DNA of 64,000 nucleotides from the human T2T-CHM13v2.0 reference genome, Homo sapiens. Both the position numbers and the translations under genes were made by a program. A model generated the notes under the pieces. It saw only the letters and a program-made list of their open reading frames with translations, was not told the DNA's origin and ran no database searches. Positions within the stretch are counted from its first letter, which is position 1. Each line of letters opens with the position of its first letter. The stretch lies in the NCBI RefSeq assembly GCF_009914755.1, contig NC_060943.1; one strand, given 5' to 3'. Positions 30,860 through 47,828 of this stretch are shown here, in pieces.

Positions 30860-32009
30860 TCAGTTTGTTTTGTTGTTGAACACTGAACATTTTAGATCAT
30901 ACACTGTAGCAGCTGTGGATTCTGATTTCTACCTTCCAGGCCATGGTTGCCGTTGCCATTTTTCTCCTTTTGTTTTGTTTACTGAGTATCCTGGGCTAAT
31001 TCTTTGGAGTTTGTCCCCTTGTGGTATAGACTCTTTTCTTTTCTCTTTTAAAAAAATTGTTTTAATTTTAAGCATAACTTACTAGGGGTTGCCTTTGGTT
31101 CAGCATGGTTTAGTGGTCAGATTAAAGGTTGTGCTGAAACACCTTGAGCCAATAAAGCTTCCATCCTTTGCCAATGGATCTGTGTCTGTGGGTTGGGGAA
31201 TATTTTCAAAGTTCAGTTTCTTCCTTTTTTTTTTCCAAGCAGTTCCTGAGTCGGCCCCAGCCATTACTTTCTGCCTGGCCATCTGGTGTCTCCCTTGCAC
31301 ACTCTCAAGGCCTCATGTTGGGCCAGGGATGTGTGGACAGCAAGGGCCCCCTCTAGTCTCTCTGGAGCTTGTGTGCAACCTTGTATATATGCACATTGTT
31401 CCAGACCAGCAGGGCTGCATGGGACCTTACCAAGGCCTTGTGTGGCTATCTCATTCCCTGGATCTTCCTGCTAAATTTCTGGCTGGTCTACAGGCCTGCT
31501 GCTGGCTCCAGCCAGATCGTAACCACAGTCTAGCTGTGATGTTGGTCTTCCCCATTTGTTTGGCACTAGGCCCCAGTCCAGCCACAAAGTTTTCATGGCT
31601 TGCTCTGCCTTGGTCAAACTGATGGAGCTGGTGCGTGTGATGGGAGGAACCCCAAATTAAACGCCACATGTTCCCACTGTTCTTACTTGAAGTTCAGCGT
31701 TTATTTATTGAGTTTTTGAGTAACTGCTTCTTGGGTAGTTATATGCCTTTGGTTGATTTCTAGAATCCTCAAATGGTTGTGTTTGGCAATTCTGTCTACT
31801 TTCATTGTTGATTTTGGTGGGAAATACTTTTCTGAGCTCCTCTCCACTTCCCCATTCCAGAAGTCTGGTTAGCAGCTTTGACTTTTGATTTTCTCTTTAA
31901 TTTAAGACATACCCAGAAGTCTTTCCAAATTTCCAAACTTTAAATATGTAGCTCTAGCTACATATTTCAGTCAATTTGGAAGCTTTTTGAGTTGTTGGGT
32001 TTGGTTTTT

Positions 32010-32898
<889 letters not shown>

Positions 32899-32929
32899 TA
32901 AAATAGACTCGGGGAACCTTGAAAAGTAA

Positions 32930-33035
32930 GATGCCCAGTCAAGTGAAATCAGATTCTCTGAGAGTGAGGCCTGGACATCAGCATATATTAGACTCCCTCG
33001 GTAATTGTGACATGCAGCTGAGGTTGAGAACCATT
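32930..33035. mobile_element. MER5A-like fragment
   Basis: aaatcagattctctgagagtgaggcctgg...gttgagaaccattg. Confidence 0.65.
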
Positions 33036-33390
33036 GAGTTAGATAGAATTCTCTATACCCTTTTCCAGAATTGTTCATTTCTCATGTAAATGCATTAGCA
33101 TGAAAGTATTCTGATAGAAAATTATCTGTTTTGGGGAATTCAAGAAAATTTCTTTCCTAATATGGGATCAATTTTTATGGCCATCCCATGGATAGTTTAT
33201 AAAGAATTAATCTCATCTGTTTTCTGGCAAGGGGTTCTATATGAACTTTTAAAATCAAATTTGCTAGTTTGTATTACTCAGATTCTCTCTAGCCATAATT
33301 TTGGTCAATTTTATCTGTTACTCTCCTGAAAAGAAATATGTTTGCTTCCCACAGGGATTATGATTTTATCAGTTCTTTTTATATTTCTAG

Positions 33391-33687
<297 letters not shown>

Positions 33688-35034
33688 TGGTTTTTGTTTT
33701 AAACTTCTAGATTCACATTTTCTTTGTAACTTTTTGTCATGAAATGTTGAGGAAAAGAACAGCAGACTGTCTTCTACCCACCTCCCTGCCCCCACCCCTA
33801 GTCCCTGCATTCTAGATTCCTTAATTGTATCTGGAATTTTTCTGATGTCGGTATCATCAAATGGTGTTGGGTGACATTAAATTCCACGTCAACCCTCCTG
33901 AAACACGCCCCTGTCTCTCCAGGCTTCATGTCTGGGACCCAGCGTTCTGTGTTTGGGCATTGCCACCTCCTGCCCACCTCAGAAGCACCTGCCACCTTCC
34001 TGATCTTTGTGTGCGGTGGGCACTTGGGGGAAATGTGTATGTTAGAATTGGCAGTCTGTGATCTATCACATTATTTTGCACGGCCAAAGTGTGTGCCGGG
34101 CTCAGTTCTCCACCCACTCTGCTAGTACCATTTGGTTAGACACAGACAGAATCCCCCTGTTCCCCTGCCGTGTGATCCACCGCTGTTTTTTTCTGAAATA
34201 AGTGCTAATTGGTTTTTAATTCCACTTGGATTTTAATGCTGCCCACTGCAGCCTTCGTCCAGAAACACTGATCTGTTTGAAGAAATGTTCCTCAGGAGGA
34301 GGAATCGGCACTGCAGGGAGCTGGCAGGTTCCGTCCTTCCCAGCTTGCCACAGTGGCCTCGGGCACCTGCCAGCCACACATGTCCCCTTGCCTCGGGCTC
34401 AGTGAGGGATGCTTTGCAGTGACTTGCTCATGATGGCAAGGACAGGTTTGGACAGAGCTCCCTTTCCTCCATGTGTGGAGAGCTACTGGGCCTCAGTTCA
34501 TGGAAGCTGGAGGAATGTTATGAGACCAGCATGGAGCGGTGGGTCTCAGAGTCCTGATCTGGGATCCAGGAGCATTCCTGTGGCTTCTGGATGACTCCTG
34601 CCGTGCCCACCTCCCTCTGCACCGTCCATCTGGGGCAGGCTCTGTTCTGTAGTCTGTTATGGGAGAGACTGGATCCTGTCCTGCCAGCCATCTGGGATGG
34701 GGAGGTGATTTTGATCCGCCTCCACCCTCCTCCCCAGTGTTTTCTTCTGTTTAGAACACTGTTCAGAACTGTCCCACTCCAGGGCTGCCTCCAAAGGCCC
34801 ACACTCATTCATGCCCACTTACTCTCAGCCTCTGTCCAGGCACTGGGGGAAGGGAAAGGCAGATGTCAGTCTGGCAGGTGGAAAACAGGAGTGCGTGGAG
34901 GCGTGGGGGTGGAGCAGCTCCCGCGAGGGCAGAACAACAGTGGAGTGGTTGGGAACACAGACTTCTGGGGCGGACAGGCCCAGTTTCCACGGGTGGCTGG
35001 GGAATTCGGTGCAGGTGACCTCGCCCCTCTGGAC

Positions 35035-35797
35035 CTCAGTTTTATTAGGGCTGCCATCACAAAGTACCACACCCCGGTAGCCTAAACAACAGAAATTTAT
35101 TATCTCAGAGTTTAGGGGGCCAGAAGTCTGAGATCAAGGTCTGGGCTCGGGCTGGGTTGGTTCCTTCCGAGGTCTATCAAGAAGACTTTGTCCTGTACCC
35201 CTCCCTCAGCTGCTGGTGGTTTGTGGGCATTTTTGGCATTCCGTGGCCTCTGCTGCAGCACCCTGATCTCCGCCCTCATCTTCATGTGGCATTCTCCCTG
35301 TGTGTGTCCATGTGGAAGTTCCCCCCCACCCTTTTTTTTTTTTTGAGATGGAGTCTTGCTCTGTCGCCCAGGCTGGAGTGCAGTGGTGTGATCTCGGTTC
35401 ACTGCAACCTCCGCCTCCCTGGGTTCAAGCAGTTCTTCTGCCTCAGCCTCCCGAGTAGCTGGGATTACAGGCGCCCACCACCATGCCTGGTTAATTTTTG
35501 TATTTTTAGTAGAGACGGAGTTTCACCATGTTGGCCAGGCTGATCTTGAACTCCTGACCTCATGATCCACCTGCCTTGTGCTCCCAAAGTGCTGGGATTA
35601 CAGGCGTGAGCCACCGCACCCGGCTGGAAATTTCCCCTTCTTATAAGGACACTGGTCATACTGGATTAGGGGCTCACCCTACTTGATCCCAACTTTACTT
35701 CTGCAACAATCCTATCTCCAAATGAGGCCACATTCTGAAACACCAAAGGTTAGGACTTCAACACGTGAATTTTAGGGGGACACAGTTCAACTCATGA
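35035..35797 (-). mobile_element. MaLR LTR (MLT1B/C), split by an Alu
   Basis: agggctgccatcacaaagtaccac...aaacaacagaaatttatt; ttataaggacactggtcatactggattaggg; ggttaggacttcaaca. Confidence 0.88.
35332..35625 (-). mobile_element. AluSg-like
   Basis: cctgacctcatgatcc. Confidence 0.95.
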
Positions 35798-35859
35798 TGG
35801 AAAAAAATAGGAATGATAATTACCCATGTACTAGGGTTGTTAAACTTAAAAAAAAAAAG

Positions 35860-36032
35860 TTATTTATTTATTTAGAGACTGGGTTATGCGACTGGCTAAT
35901 TTTTGTATTTTTGGTAGAGATGGGGTTTTGCCATGTTGCCAAGGCTAGTCTCAAACTCCCGAGCTCAAGCGATCCACCCGCCTCAGCCTCACAAAGTGTT
36001 GGGATTACGGGAGTGAGCCCTGGCGCCCAGCC
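35860..36032 (-). mobile_element. Alu with most of right arm deleted, inside a MIR
   Basis: Left arm + linker + short tail remnant. Confidence 0.85.
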
Positions 36033-36142
36033 ACTTAACGTTATTGATTCATACAAGTAAAGCCTTTAGCTCAGTTCCTGTCACATAGTAAGTGCTCAGT
36101 AAATGTTAGTTTCATTAATGGGTTCTGATGGCCTCATCTCTT

Positions 36143-36442
36143 TCTTTCTTTCTTTCTTTTTTTGAGACAGTGTCTAGCTTTGTCTCTAGGCTAGAGTGCA
36201 GTGGCGCGATCTCAGCTCATGCAACCTCTGCCTCCCGGGTTCAAGCGATTCTCCTGCCTCAGCCTCCCGAGTAGCGGGGATTACAGGCACGCGCTGCCAT
36301 GCCCAGCGGATTTTTGTATTTTTGTTAGAGACGGGGTTTCACCATATTGGCCAGGAGGGTCTCGATTTCCTGACCTCAGGTGATCTGCCCACCTCGGCCT
36401 CCAAAGTGCTGGGATTACAGGCATGAGCCACCGCGCCCGGCC
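36143..36442 (-). mobile_element. AluSx-like
   Basis: TSD ggcctcatctctt (36130-36142 / 36443-36455). Confidence 0.96.
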
Positions 36443-36599
36443 GGCCTCATCTCTTAATGGGACAATTGCAGTCCTAATTAGCTCACTGCTTCTATTCTTG
36501 CCTCCTCTATTCCATTTCTGGTTTTCATTCCAAAGCCAGAAATGAAATCATGTGATATACCCCATGTATAAAGCCTTCAGTGGTTTCCCATTTCTAGCA

Positions 36600-37110
36600 T
36601 TCAGGGTCTTTGAGTCTCAGGTAAAAGAAAACCAAACCCAAACTGTCCGAAGGAAATGGAGATAACATGATGGAAGTCCAGGGATAACCTGCTTTAGGTG
36701 CAGCTTGAGCCAGAGCTCAAATAATGTTATTACTAATGCTGGGTTTTTCTCCTTGATCTCCCAAGTTGGTTCCAGTCTCAAATTGGTTGTCCTCTGATAG
36801 TTATGATTGCAGCAACTCTGGCCTGACATCAGGTCTGGTGGAAAAAGAGAGAGTGAGTTCTTTTTTTCTTGTGGAACTTTCTGCAGAAATTCTGAAGCTC
36901 ACTGTGAGTTGGCTTGGGTCATGTGTCCAGCTGTTAACCATTGCTATGACCAGGGAGGGGAAGGTGGTCGATTGGCTTAGTTAGACCTGGGTCAGGTGTG
37001 GAACCCCATTGACACATCATGTCCTGAAAGTGGGGATCATCTGGATTGCAAATGAAAATAGTGTTCTTTTTAGGAACAGAGACAATGGCTGCTAGGGGGA
37101 AACAAATCAG
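36600..37110 (-). mobile_element. Old MaLR LTR (MLT1K/L-like)
   Basis: gctttaggtgcagcttgagccagagctcaaataatg; ttggcttgggtcatgtg. Confidence 0.65.
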
Positions 37111-37157
37111 TTACTCTCTAATATGCTCCAGTGCTTAAAATAACTTTCAAAAATCCT

Positions 37158-37664
<507 letters not shown>

Positions 37665-38150
37665 TCCTTATCATGGCTTATAAGGTCCCCCGTGATGCAG
37701 CCGTGCTGGCCTTGCTTACTGCACACCAGCCAGTCTTTCATATTCATTTCTCAAATATGCCACACTTTCCTCCGGCCTTTGTGTGTGCCCTTCCCTATGC
37801 CTGAAATGCTTTTCCTGACTGCTTGTCTTCTAGCCTTCTCGTTCTTATCCCTCAGATCTTAGCCTAAATGTCAAGTCCTCAAAGAGGCCCTTCTGGACTG
37901 TCCTGAATGTAAACTAGGCCGCTTGTTATTCCTGCTTGGCAAAGCTTCATAGCAGTTATCATAATATTTAATTACACGTTATGTTTGTCTTTACATGTTT
38001 AATGCCCGTCTTCCTCACTGGGCTGGCTGTGAGTCCCAGGAGGTCAAGCCCAGACCTGTTATTTATTTATTTATTTTTGCTTTGCATTGCATCCCCAGTA
38101 CATACTAGGTGTGCAAAACAAAACAAAAAACCTTTATTAAATGAATGTGG
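37665..38150 (+). mobile_element. L2 3' region
   Basis: ttccctatgcctgaaatgct, aaatgtcaagtcctcaaagaggcc, terminal aaatgaatg. Confidence 0.7.
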
Positions 38151-39198
38151 TTGAAATAGAATTGTTACTCATTTAAAATTTTGGTTAGTTTGTCATTGGA
38201 CTAGAGCAGGGAACAAAGTCTGGCCGGAAGTTTTTAAAACCCTGGCGGTGAAATTTCAAAGTGAAAATGTTACTCGTAAGTTAAATGAATTCATACTGCA
38301 GCCATATTTTTTCAGGCTGGCTGGTATTAGTGATGCCCAAAGTGACTTTCCTTTTGGAGTCTTGGGGCCAGTGGAGATGGTATATCTCCCAACAATAAAA
38401 ATTTCACCACGTTAAGTGGAGTACTACGATTAACACACATTTTTAATTAGCCTCTTAGTCATCTCCTATCTGAAGAGGCCAGGACAGGCATTTTAATACT
38501 TGGTTATTGGACTACCTCTAAGGAGCTCTCCCATGCTGCAGATACCGTTCTGAATCTCTGCAGTTTGTCAAGGTTCCTGCAGCCGGAAGCTGTTTTCCAG
38601 GCCGCTCTCTTCTCACTAAAGCCACAGTTCTTTCTTCGCACTAAAGCCATCCGTTCAGCTTCTGTGCAGAGGGAAGAGGTCCCTGAACTGGCATGACTGC
38701 AAAGGCGGTTGAACCCTCCTCTCCTGCAGGATGTGGAGGGCATGGAGGCTGTGCCGTGGATGGGTGGTGCATCTCAGAAGAGTTAGCTTCAGCAGTCATT
38801 GGGTAAAGCAAACATGCTAGAGAGTCACAACTACCTTCACGTTCTAAAGATGTCGGGTATTAGTGAGGTATAGGTTTGGCTGCTGTAACAGACCCAGGAT
38901 AGTAGTGGCTTAAATGCGAGGGCAGTTTATTTCCCTCCTGTGAAACAGTTTGAGAGTGAGCAGCCCAGGCCCCTGCCGTCTTGTTGCTCCCTGTTCCTGG
39001 GGTGTTGCTTTCATCTGCATGGTCCAGAATGATTCTCCATTATTGCCATGTGTGCAGCCTGGCCTGTGGTGGGGAGGATGTAAGAGGAGGGGTTATACCT
39101 CCTCTTTTTCAGGCAGTTGTGTTTTTTTTTGAGATATAATTTATGTGTGTTAAAATTTGCCCTTTTTTAAAAATTTATTCCTCCCCCACCTCCCATGC

Positions 39199-39350
39199 TT
39201 TTTTTTGTTTGTTTGTTTGTTTGTTTGTTTTTTGGAGAATGGGGTCTCACTCTGTTGCCCAGGCAGGTCTCAAACTCCTGGGTTCAAGTGATCCTCCTGT
39301 CTCTGCCTCCCTAAGTGCTGGGAGTGCAGGTGTGAGCCACTGCACCTGGC
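39199..39350 (-). mobile_element. FLAM monomer
   Basis: Left monomer, (TTTG)n tail; TSD atttgccctttt. Confidence 0.88.
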
Positions 39351-39624
39351 ATATTTGCCCTTTTAAAACATTTGATGGTTTTCAGTGTATTTTCCAGGCT
39401 CTTTAATCATCATAACAATCTATTTGCAGAACATGTTCACCACCTCAAAAAGAAACCCTGAACCCATTCCCGCTTCCCTGATTCTGCCCTGTGATTTTCC
39501 CATCCCTTCAGCCCCTGGCACCACTAATCTTTCTGTCTCTATGTATTTGCCTGTTCTGGACATTTCATGTAATTGGAATAATGCAGTATCCATTTCTGTC
39601 TGGCTTCTTTCACTGAGTGTCATG

Positions 39625-39936
39625 TTTTTTGTTTTTTGGGGTTTTTTTTTGCAGAGACAGAGTCTTGCTCTGTTGCCCAGGCTGGAGTACAGTGGCGCGA
39701 TCTCGGCTCACTGCTACTTCGCTTCCCAGGTTCAAGCAGTTCTCCTGCCTTAGCCTCCTGAGTACCTGGGATTACAGGCGTGTGACACCATGCCCAGCTA
39801 ATTCCTTTTGTATTTTATTAGAGACGGGGTTTCATTGTGTTGCCCAGGTTGGTCTCGAACTCCTGAGCTCAGGCAATCCGCCCGCCTCAGCCTCCCAAAG
39901 TGCTGGGATTACAGGTGTGAGCCATCACGCCCGGCC
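39625..39936 (-). mobile_element. AluS
   Basis: TSD tgagtgtcatgttttt (39614-39629 / 39937-39952). Confidence 0.96.
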
Positions 39937-40235
39937 TGAGTGTCATGTTTTTAAGGTTCACCCATGTTGTGCATGAATCAGTACTTCATTCCTTTTTGGG
40001 TTGGATAATATTCTGTTGTACAGATAGACCACATTTTGCTTATCCAGGCATCACCTGATGGACCTTTGGGTTGTTTCCACGTTTTAGCTATTATGAATAA
40101 TGCTATAAACATTCATATATAAGTTTTTGTGTAAAGATATTTTTCAGTTCTCTTGGATATCTACATACTTAAGAGTGGAGTTACTAAGTCATGTGGTAAC
40201 TATGTTTAGCTTTTTTAGGAATAAGGCAGAGATAC

Positions 40236-40238
<3 letters not shown>

Positions 40239-40280
<42 letters not shown>
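40239..40280. repeat. (GT)21 perfect microsatellite
   Basis: Directly visible. Confidence 0.98.
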
Positions 40281-40281
<1 letters not shown>

Positions 40282-40469
40282 ATGGGCCCTTTGACATCTT
40301 TTTCTCTCAGTTGTGTTTTTAAGTTTATAAAATGTAGGATGACAAAGGAAACTAATTGTCTTAAAATGTAGTTTTTGAAATACGAAGATAAATTTGTGAT
40401 ATAGTGTGGCAAAATCCATTGGCAGATCTAACTACCATAATTCCAAAGTAACAAAGGGCATAAGTGCTA

Positions 40470-40866
<397 letters not shown>

Positions 40867-41309
40867 CTATATTCCTAATTGAAGAAAATGCTGAATTTCT
40901 GTTAGAGATTAGTGAAAATAAAGAGGTAATTCTGCCCCCTTCCCCCCAAATTAGTGGAGCTCCTGAATTCTATCCTGCTTCAAAGAGCATGACCCAGAAG
41001 TTGCACACATTTCCTTCACTCCTTCCCTGTGATCCTGATTAGTTACATGGCGACAGCTAGCTGCAAGGGAGGCTGGGAAATGTAGTCCTCATTCAAGTCA
41101 ATCAGGTGCCTGGCTAAAATATAGGGGTTCCGTTATTAAAGGAAAGGGGGGAGGATAGGTATTGGGGGACAAGAAGTCAATACTGTACTGCAGTACACAC
41201 TGTGCAGCCACTTTCTCACCCAGGTCAGAACACGTGTTCTTCTCATAAGCACCTGCCAGAGGAGTTAGTTTGGCTTTGGGGACCATGGTGTATGAAAAAA
41301 AAGCGCATC

Positions 41310-41608
<299 letters not shown>

Positions 41609-42164
41609 AAAAAAAAAAAAAAAAAAACGGGAGGGGGGCGCATCTTGAAGCACTAAAACGCCTCTCAGCACTCTGAGAGTGCTGCTCGCATGACGAAGAA
41701 CTGAGGCTGCCTGAGGGAGTAGCGTATGCCTGTCCCCCATCCCACACTCACACCAGAGCAAATGCTTAGGAAGTGGAATGCTGGGTATCTGTTCTGCTTA
41801 AATTATTTGTCCTTTAGTGAGGGGTAAGGGGATCCTAGTTGAAGTTATGAGAGGTAAACATTTGATACAACCTCTCTGTGCCTTTTTACTGTGCAGTAAG
41901 ATGTGTGGTTTGGCTTCTCAGATGACTGGATGGTGATGCTATATTGGAACTCTTGATTCTATGTGTCAGACTCCACCCTCGATCACCCAAGGCAGAAGAG
42001 GGATTGATGTGTTGGCCTGGAGTCCCAGGAAGATCAGCAACAGAGAGTGGGCAGCTCAGGCCTCCGGCAGCAAATTAACAGGACATGGGCAGCCCAGAGG
42101 CAAAGTGACTTCCCCATTGTCCTGGTTGTAAAGGCTGAAGGGTCATGATGCTGATCTAACATTG

Positions 42165-42660
42165 GTAACAGCTGGACTTTATTGAGCACTTCCTGGGTGC
42201 CTGGCAGTATTTGTTTTCAACAACCTTATGAGATGGGTCCTGCCATACCCCACTTTCCTGATGTGTAGGGACTCATCGACCTCCTCAAGATCATATAGTT
42301 ACTTATTTGTGGCTGGGCATGATGGCTTGCACCTGTAATCCCAACACTTTGGGAGGCCGAGGCAGGAGGATTGCTTGAGCCAGGAGTTCAAGGTCAGCCT
42401 AGGCAACATGGTGAGATCCCATCTCTACAAAAAAATTAGCCAGGTACAGTGGTACGTGCCTATAGTCCCAGCTACTCAGGAGGCTGAGGTGGGAGGATCA
42501 CTTGAGCCTGGGAGGTTGAGGCTGCAACAGCAAGTCATGATTGTGCCACTACACCCCAGCCTGAACAAGAGTGAGACCGTGTCTCAAAAAAAAAAAAAGA
42601 AGTATTGATTCATGGCAGAGGTGGGGTTTGAACAGAGAGTCTGGTTCTAGCCGGTACTGT
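42165..42660 (-). mobile_element. MIR split by an AluJ
   Basis: tttattgagcactt...caacaaccttatgagatggg; ggcagaggtggggtttgaac. Confidence 0.65.
42311..42600 (+). mobile_element. AluJ
   Basis: Full dimer. Confidence 0.93.
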
Positions 42661-42967
42661 CATGAGGGCAGAGGGTGAGATGCAGGAGCAGAAGGCTTGA
42701 CAGCCTGGACAGAGGAGTTTGTGTTTTCCTTCATGCTTTCATTTCGTGAATCTTTGTTACTGATGATGACTTTTGAGTTGACGTGATTGTGCCATCCCAG
42801 CCTCCCCTCCCTCTGTTCTAACACCCAGTGGTACATCCCCTTCCCCAACAGCACCATCAGACACACAGGTGGCTCTTGTGGAATCTCTCCATTCCCCATT
42901 ATTCTAGGCCAGCCCTTCTCCCTTATCCTAGTTTTAAACATGAATTTATAAAGGGTAGTTAATTTGT

Positions 42968-43101
42968 GGCCAGGTGTGGTGGCTCACGCCTTTAATCCCA
43001 GCACTTTGGGAGGCTGAGGCGGGCAGATCACGAGGTCAGGAGATCAAGACCATCCTGGCTAACATGGTGAAACCCCACCTCTACAAAAAATGCAAAAAAA
43101 A
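42968..43101 (+). mobile_element. AluSc/Y-type left arm only, with TSD
   Basis: gtagttaatttgt at 42955-42967 and 43102-43114. Confidence 0.92.
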
Positions 43102-43114
43102 GTAGTTAATTTGT

Positions 43115-43450
43115 TACTCAGCAAATCTCTACGGTGCCTACCAGACTCCAGATCTGGGCTGCTGGACACAGGAACATCGTTAAGCAAATCCCGGCCGTCG
43201 TGGAACTGACAGCCTGGAGGGGACGCAAGAGACTTGGGCATTCAACAGATAACTTCAGAGTCCCAACTGCAGCTGTGATACATACCAAACAGGAAACAGA
43301 GAGAGAGCGAGGAGAGCATATTAATGTGCGGAACCCAGGGCCTGACCCGGGGACCAGGAAGGAGGATGGCAAGGAGGGCTTCCCGAGGAGGCACCGTGTA
43401 GGCCGAGCCTAGAGCTGAATGGTGGCAGAGAGGGAACAGAGCACTTCCAG
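43115..43450 (-). mobile_element. L2 fragment
   Basis: cagcaaatctct; tggaactgacagcctggaggg; ggagggcttcccgaggagg. Confidence 0.6.
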
Positions 43451-43539
43451 GGGGAACTGGAAAGCCCTAGACACATCACCCCAGTCCTCACTCCCACTGA
43501 ACTCTGAGGAGACGGCTGCAAGTCGAGGCTCCCCACCCA

Positions 43540-43720
43540 CCAGCACGTCACAGTGTGTCCAGGCTCAGGGTCCCCATCTGTAAGATGGGAGTGATATTGG
43601 TCATGGTGCCCATTTCATTGGTGGATGTCACTGGTGGATTAAATGAGTTACTATATGTAAAACTTTAGAACAGCTCCTGGCCTGTGGCAAGGGCTCTATA
43701 GGTTTAATTAGTCATTAAAA
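43540..43720 (+). mobile_element. MIR
   Basis: ccatctgtaagatggg; ggattaaatgagtta...atgtaaaactttagaacag. Confidence 0.7.
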
Positions 43721-43893
43721 TTAAAATTTGTATGTTGTAGGTCTAAAGATGGCTAATAAAAAATCACCCCACCCAGGCCAGAATCCAAGTTAGAGGACTG
43801 CTTGACAGGGACTGCCAGACACAGACTTGGTTGTGGGAGTCAGGGGTGCAGCCTCTGGCTACCACCCCCAGGAGGCATTCAGAAATGGGGGGT

Positions 43894-44194
43894 TGGCCGG
43901 GCGCAGTGGCTCACGCCTGTAATCCCAGCACTTTGGGTGGCCGAGGCGGGTAGATCACTTGAGGTCAGGAGTTCAAGACCAGCCTGGCCAACATGGTGAA
44001 ACCCCATCTCTACTAAAAATAGAAAAATTAGTCATGCGTGGTGGCGGGCGCCAGTAATCTCAGCTACTTGGGAGGCTGAGGCACGAGAATCACTCGAACC
44101 CAGGAGGTGGAAATTGCAGTGAGCTGAGATTGCACCAGTGCACTCCTGCCTGGGTGACAGAGCAAGGCTCTGTCTTAAAAAAAAAAAAAAGAAA
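43894..44194 (+). mobile_element. AluS
   Basis: TSD agaaatgggg. Confidence 0.95.
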
Positions 44195-44649
44195 AGAAAT
44201 GGGGAGTTGGTCTCACAATGAGTGGTGGGGGCCAGGGATGCTGACTGACCTATGCACAGGAGTGTTCCACCAAACATGCCCACGGCGCCCCAGGGGAGGG
44301 TTGTCCTGGAGGGGATTTCCTTGGGTCTTCGTCTTGTTGTACGTCTCTTATTGGGTTTCTCTCCCTGGGGTGGAAAGATGGCTGCTCTTGGAGATGCAGG
44401 CTGCCCCTGAATGCCCTGATCACTGACTCCAACTTGTAAAATATTTGTAAGATGCCCCCGCACTGCAGCACTGGGAAGCAGTGCCGGCCAGTCTGGCAGA
44501 AAGTGTGAAACCCAGTAAGTGATCTGCTTTATCAATCCAGGTTCTTGGGTTGCAAGCAACAGAAATCAACTCAGGCACCCTGAGGCCCTAAAAGGGTCGA
44601 GCAGCTCTGGGGTGTCTCTCAGTGGATATTCTTGGGCACTTTTTTAGGG

Positions 44650-44900
44650 CCCTGCATTGAAGAGCTTAGACACTGCAGCCCGCCTCCTGGGTGAGAATCC
44701 CAACCTCACTCCTTATTCATAAGCATCTCAAGCTTTCTGTGCATCAGTTTGTCGGCTATAAGATGGGAATGAGAACCGGAGGGTTGCTTTGAGGATTCAG
44801 TAAGTTGATATTTGAGACGTGTTTAGAACAGTGTGTAGTGTAGAGTATGTGGCTAGATATATACTAGCTGCTATTATTTTTATTAAGTGCTGTGGTTATT
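44650..44900 (+). mobile_element. MIR
   Basis: tctgtgcatcagttt...tgaggattcagtaag...ttagaacagtg. Confidence 0.65.
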
Positions 44901-44910
44901 ACTATTAGTA

Positions 44911-45785
<875 letters not shown>

Positions 45786-46444
45786 TAACTGGACTCAACA
45801 AATGTTGGTTACTTCCCTGCTTTGTGCCATGGCCTCTGCTGAGCACAGAAGACACAGAAGGGACAGTGATTTGCACGGTCTCCTCCTCACAGGTCCTGTA
45901 GTCCAGAAATTGAGGGTCCTGGTTAAAACTAAATGCCTAGAACAGTGCCTGGCCTTTAGGAGGTCCTTCGTAAATGTTTCCTCAAAGAATAAACACACAG
46001 GGAAGTGCAAGAGTTTTATGGAACACACAACAAAAGCATCCCACTAGTTATTTTAAAGAAATCCATGTTTGTACCTTTAGTCTCCAGGATGAGGTTCAGA
46101 GGGGTGTCCATGCACACAGTAGGTGTTTAATAAATGGGGACTAAATTATCTAATAGGTGCATGGTCCTGCAGCCTGTCCGGTGTGACAGTTGAGGGCAGA
46201 CCCAGAGTTGGGGAGCTGGCTGCCTTCTCTGTTGAACAGGATGTGCAGACGTGGCTCCAGGATGCATCTCTGTGGAATGCAGTCGCTAATACAAATGAGC
46301 TTCCTCACGTCACAAGGCATCTATTATGTGGACAGTTGGGCGATGGGCCGTGGGACTGGGCGGGCTCTCTAGGGGAGTTTCAGAGCCACAGTTATGTTTA
46401 GGGCCTTCCTTTGGAGAGGGACTTTTCCCCATGAATGACTCTTA

Positions 46445-46680
46445 ATAACAAAGATAATAATAGCCACCACTTTCCAGGTGCCTGAGCTGTGCAAAGGGAT
46501 TAACCCATGGACTCCTCACAATGGCCCATGAAGCCAGTATATGATCCCCATTGTGCTGAGGCTCAGAGAGGGAAAATAACTTGCCTGTTGTGTGCACAGC
46601 AAGTGAGAAATTGAGGTGGGATTCTGGCCATGGTCTCTTGCTCCAAAGCTTGGGTTTGTCCTTCTATACCATGCACAGCC
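46445..46680 (-). mobile_element. MIR
   Basis: ctgaggctcagagagggaaaataacttgcc. Confidence 0.7.
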
Positions 46681-46750
46681 TGTTTTCTCTCTCTAGTACT
46701 AAGTTTAAAACAATATTATTTTTATTAATTTGCATATAGTACAATATTTA

Positions 46751-47828
<1,078 letters not shown>

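Larger units (their letters stand above)
39122..40222 (-). mobile_element. L1MB 3' end
   Basis: gcccctggcaccactaatctttctgtctctatgtatttgcctgttctggacatttcat. Confidence 0.88.

Noticed and set aside
38504-38743. 79-aa ATG-initiated ORF in unique sequence (- strand)
   Set aside because: Weak Kozak context, no recognisable family, and length within chance expectation. Ribo-seq or PhyloCSF would be needed.
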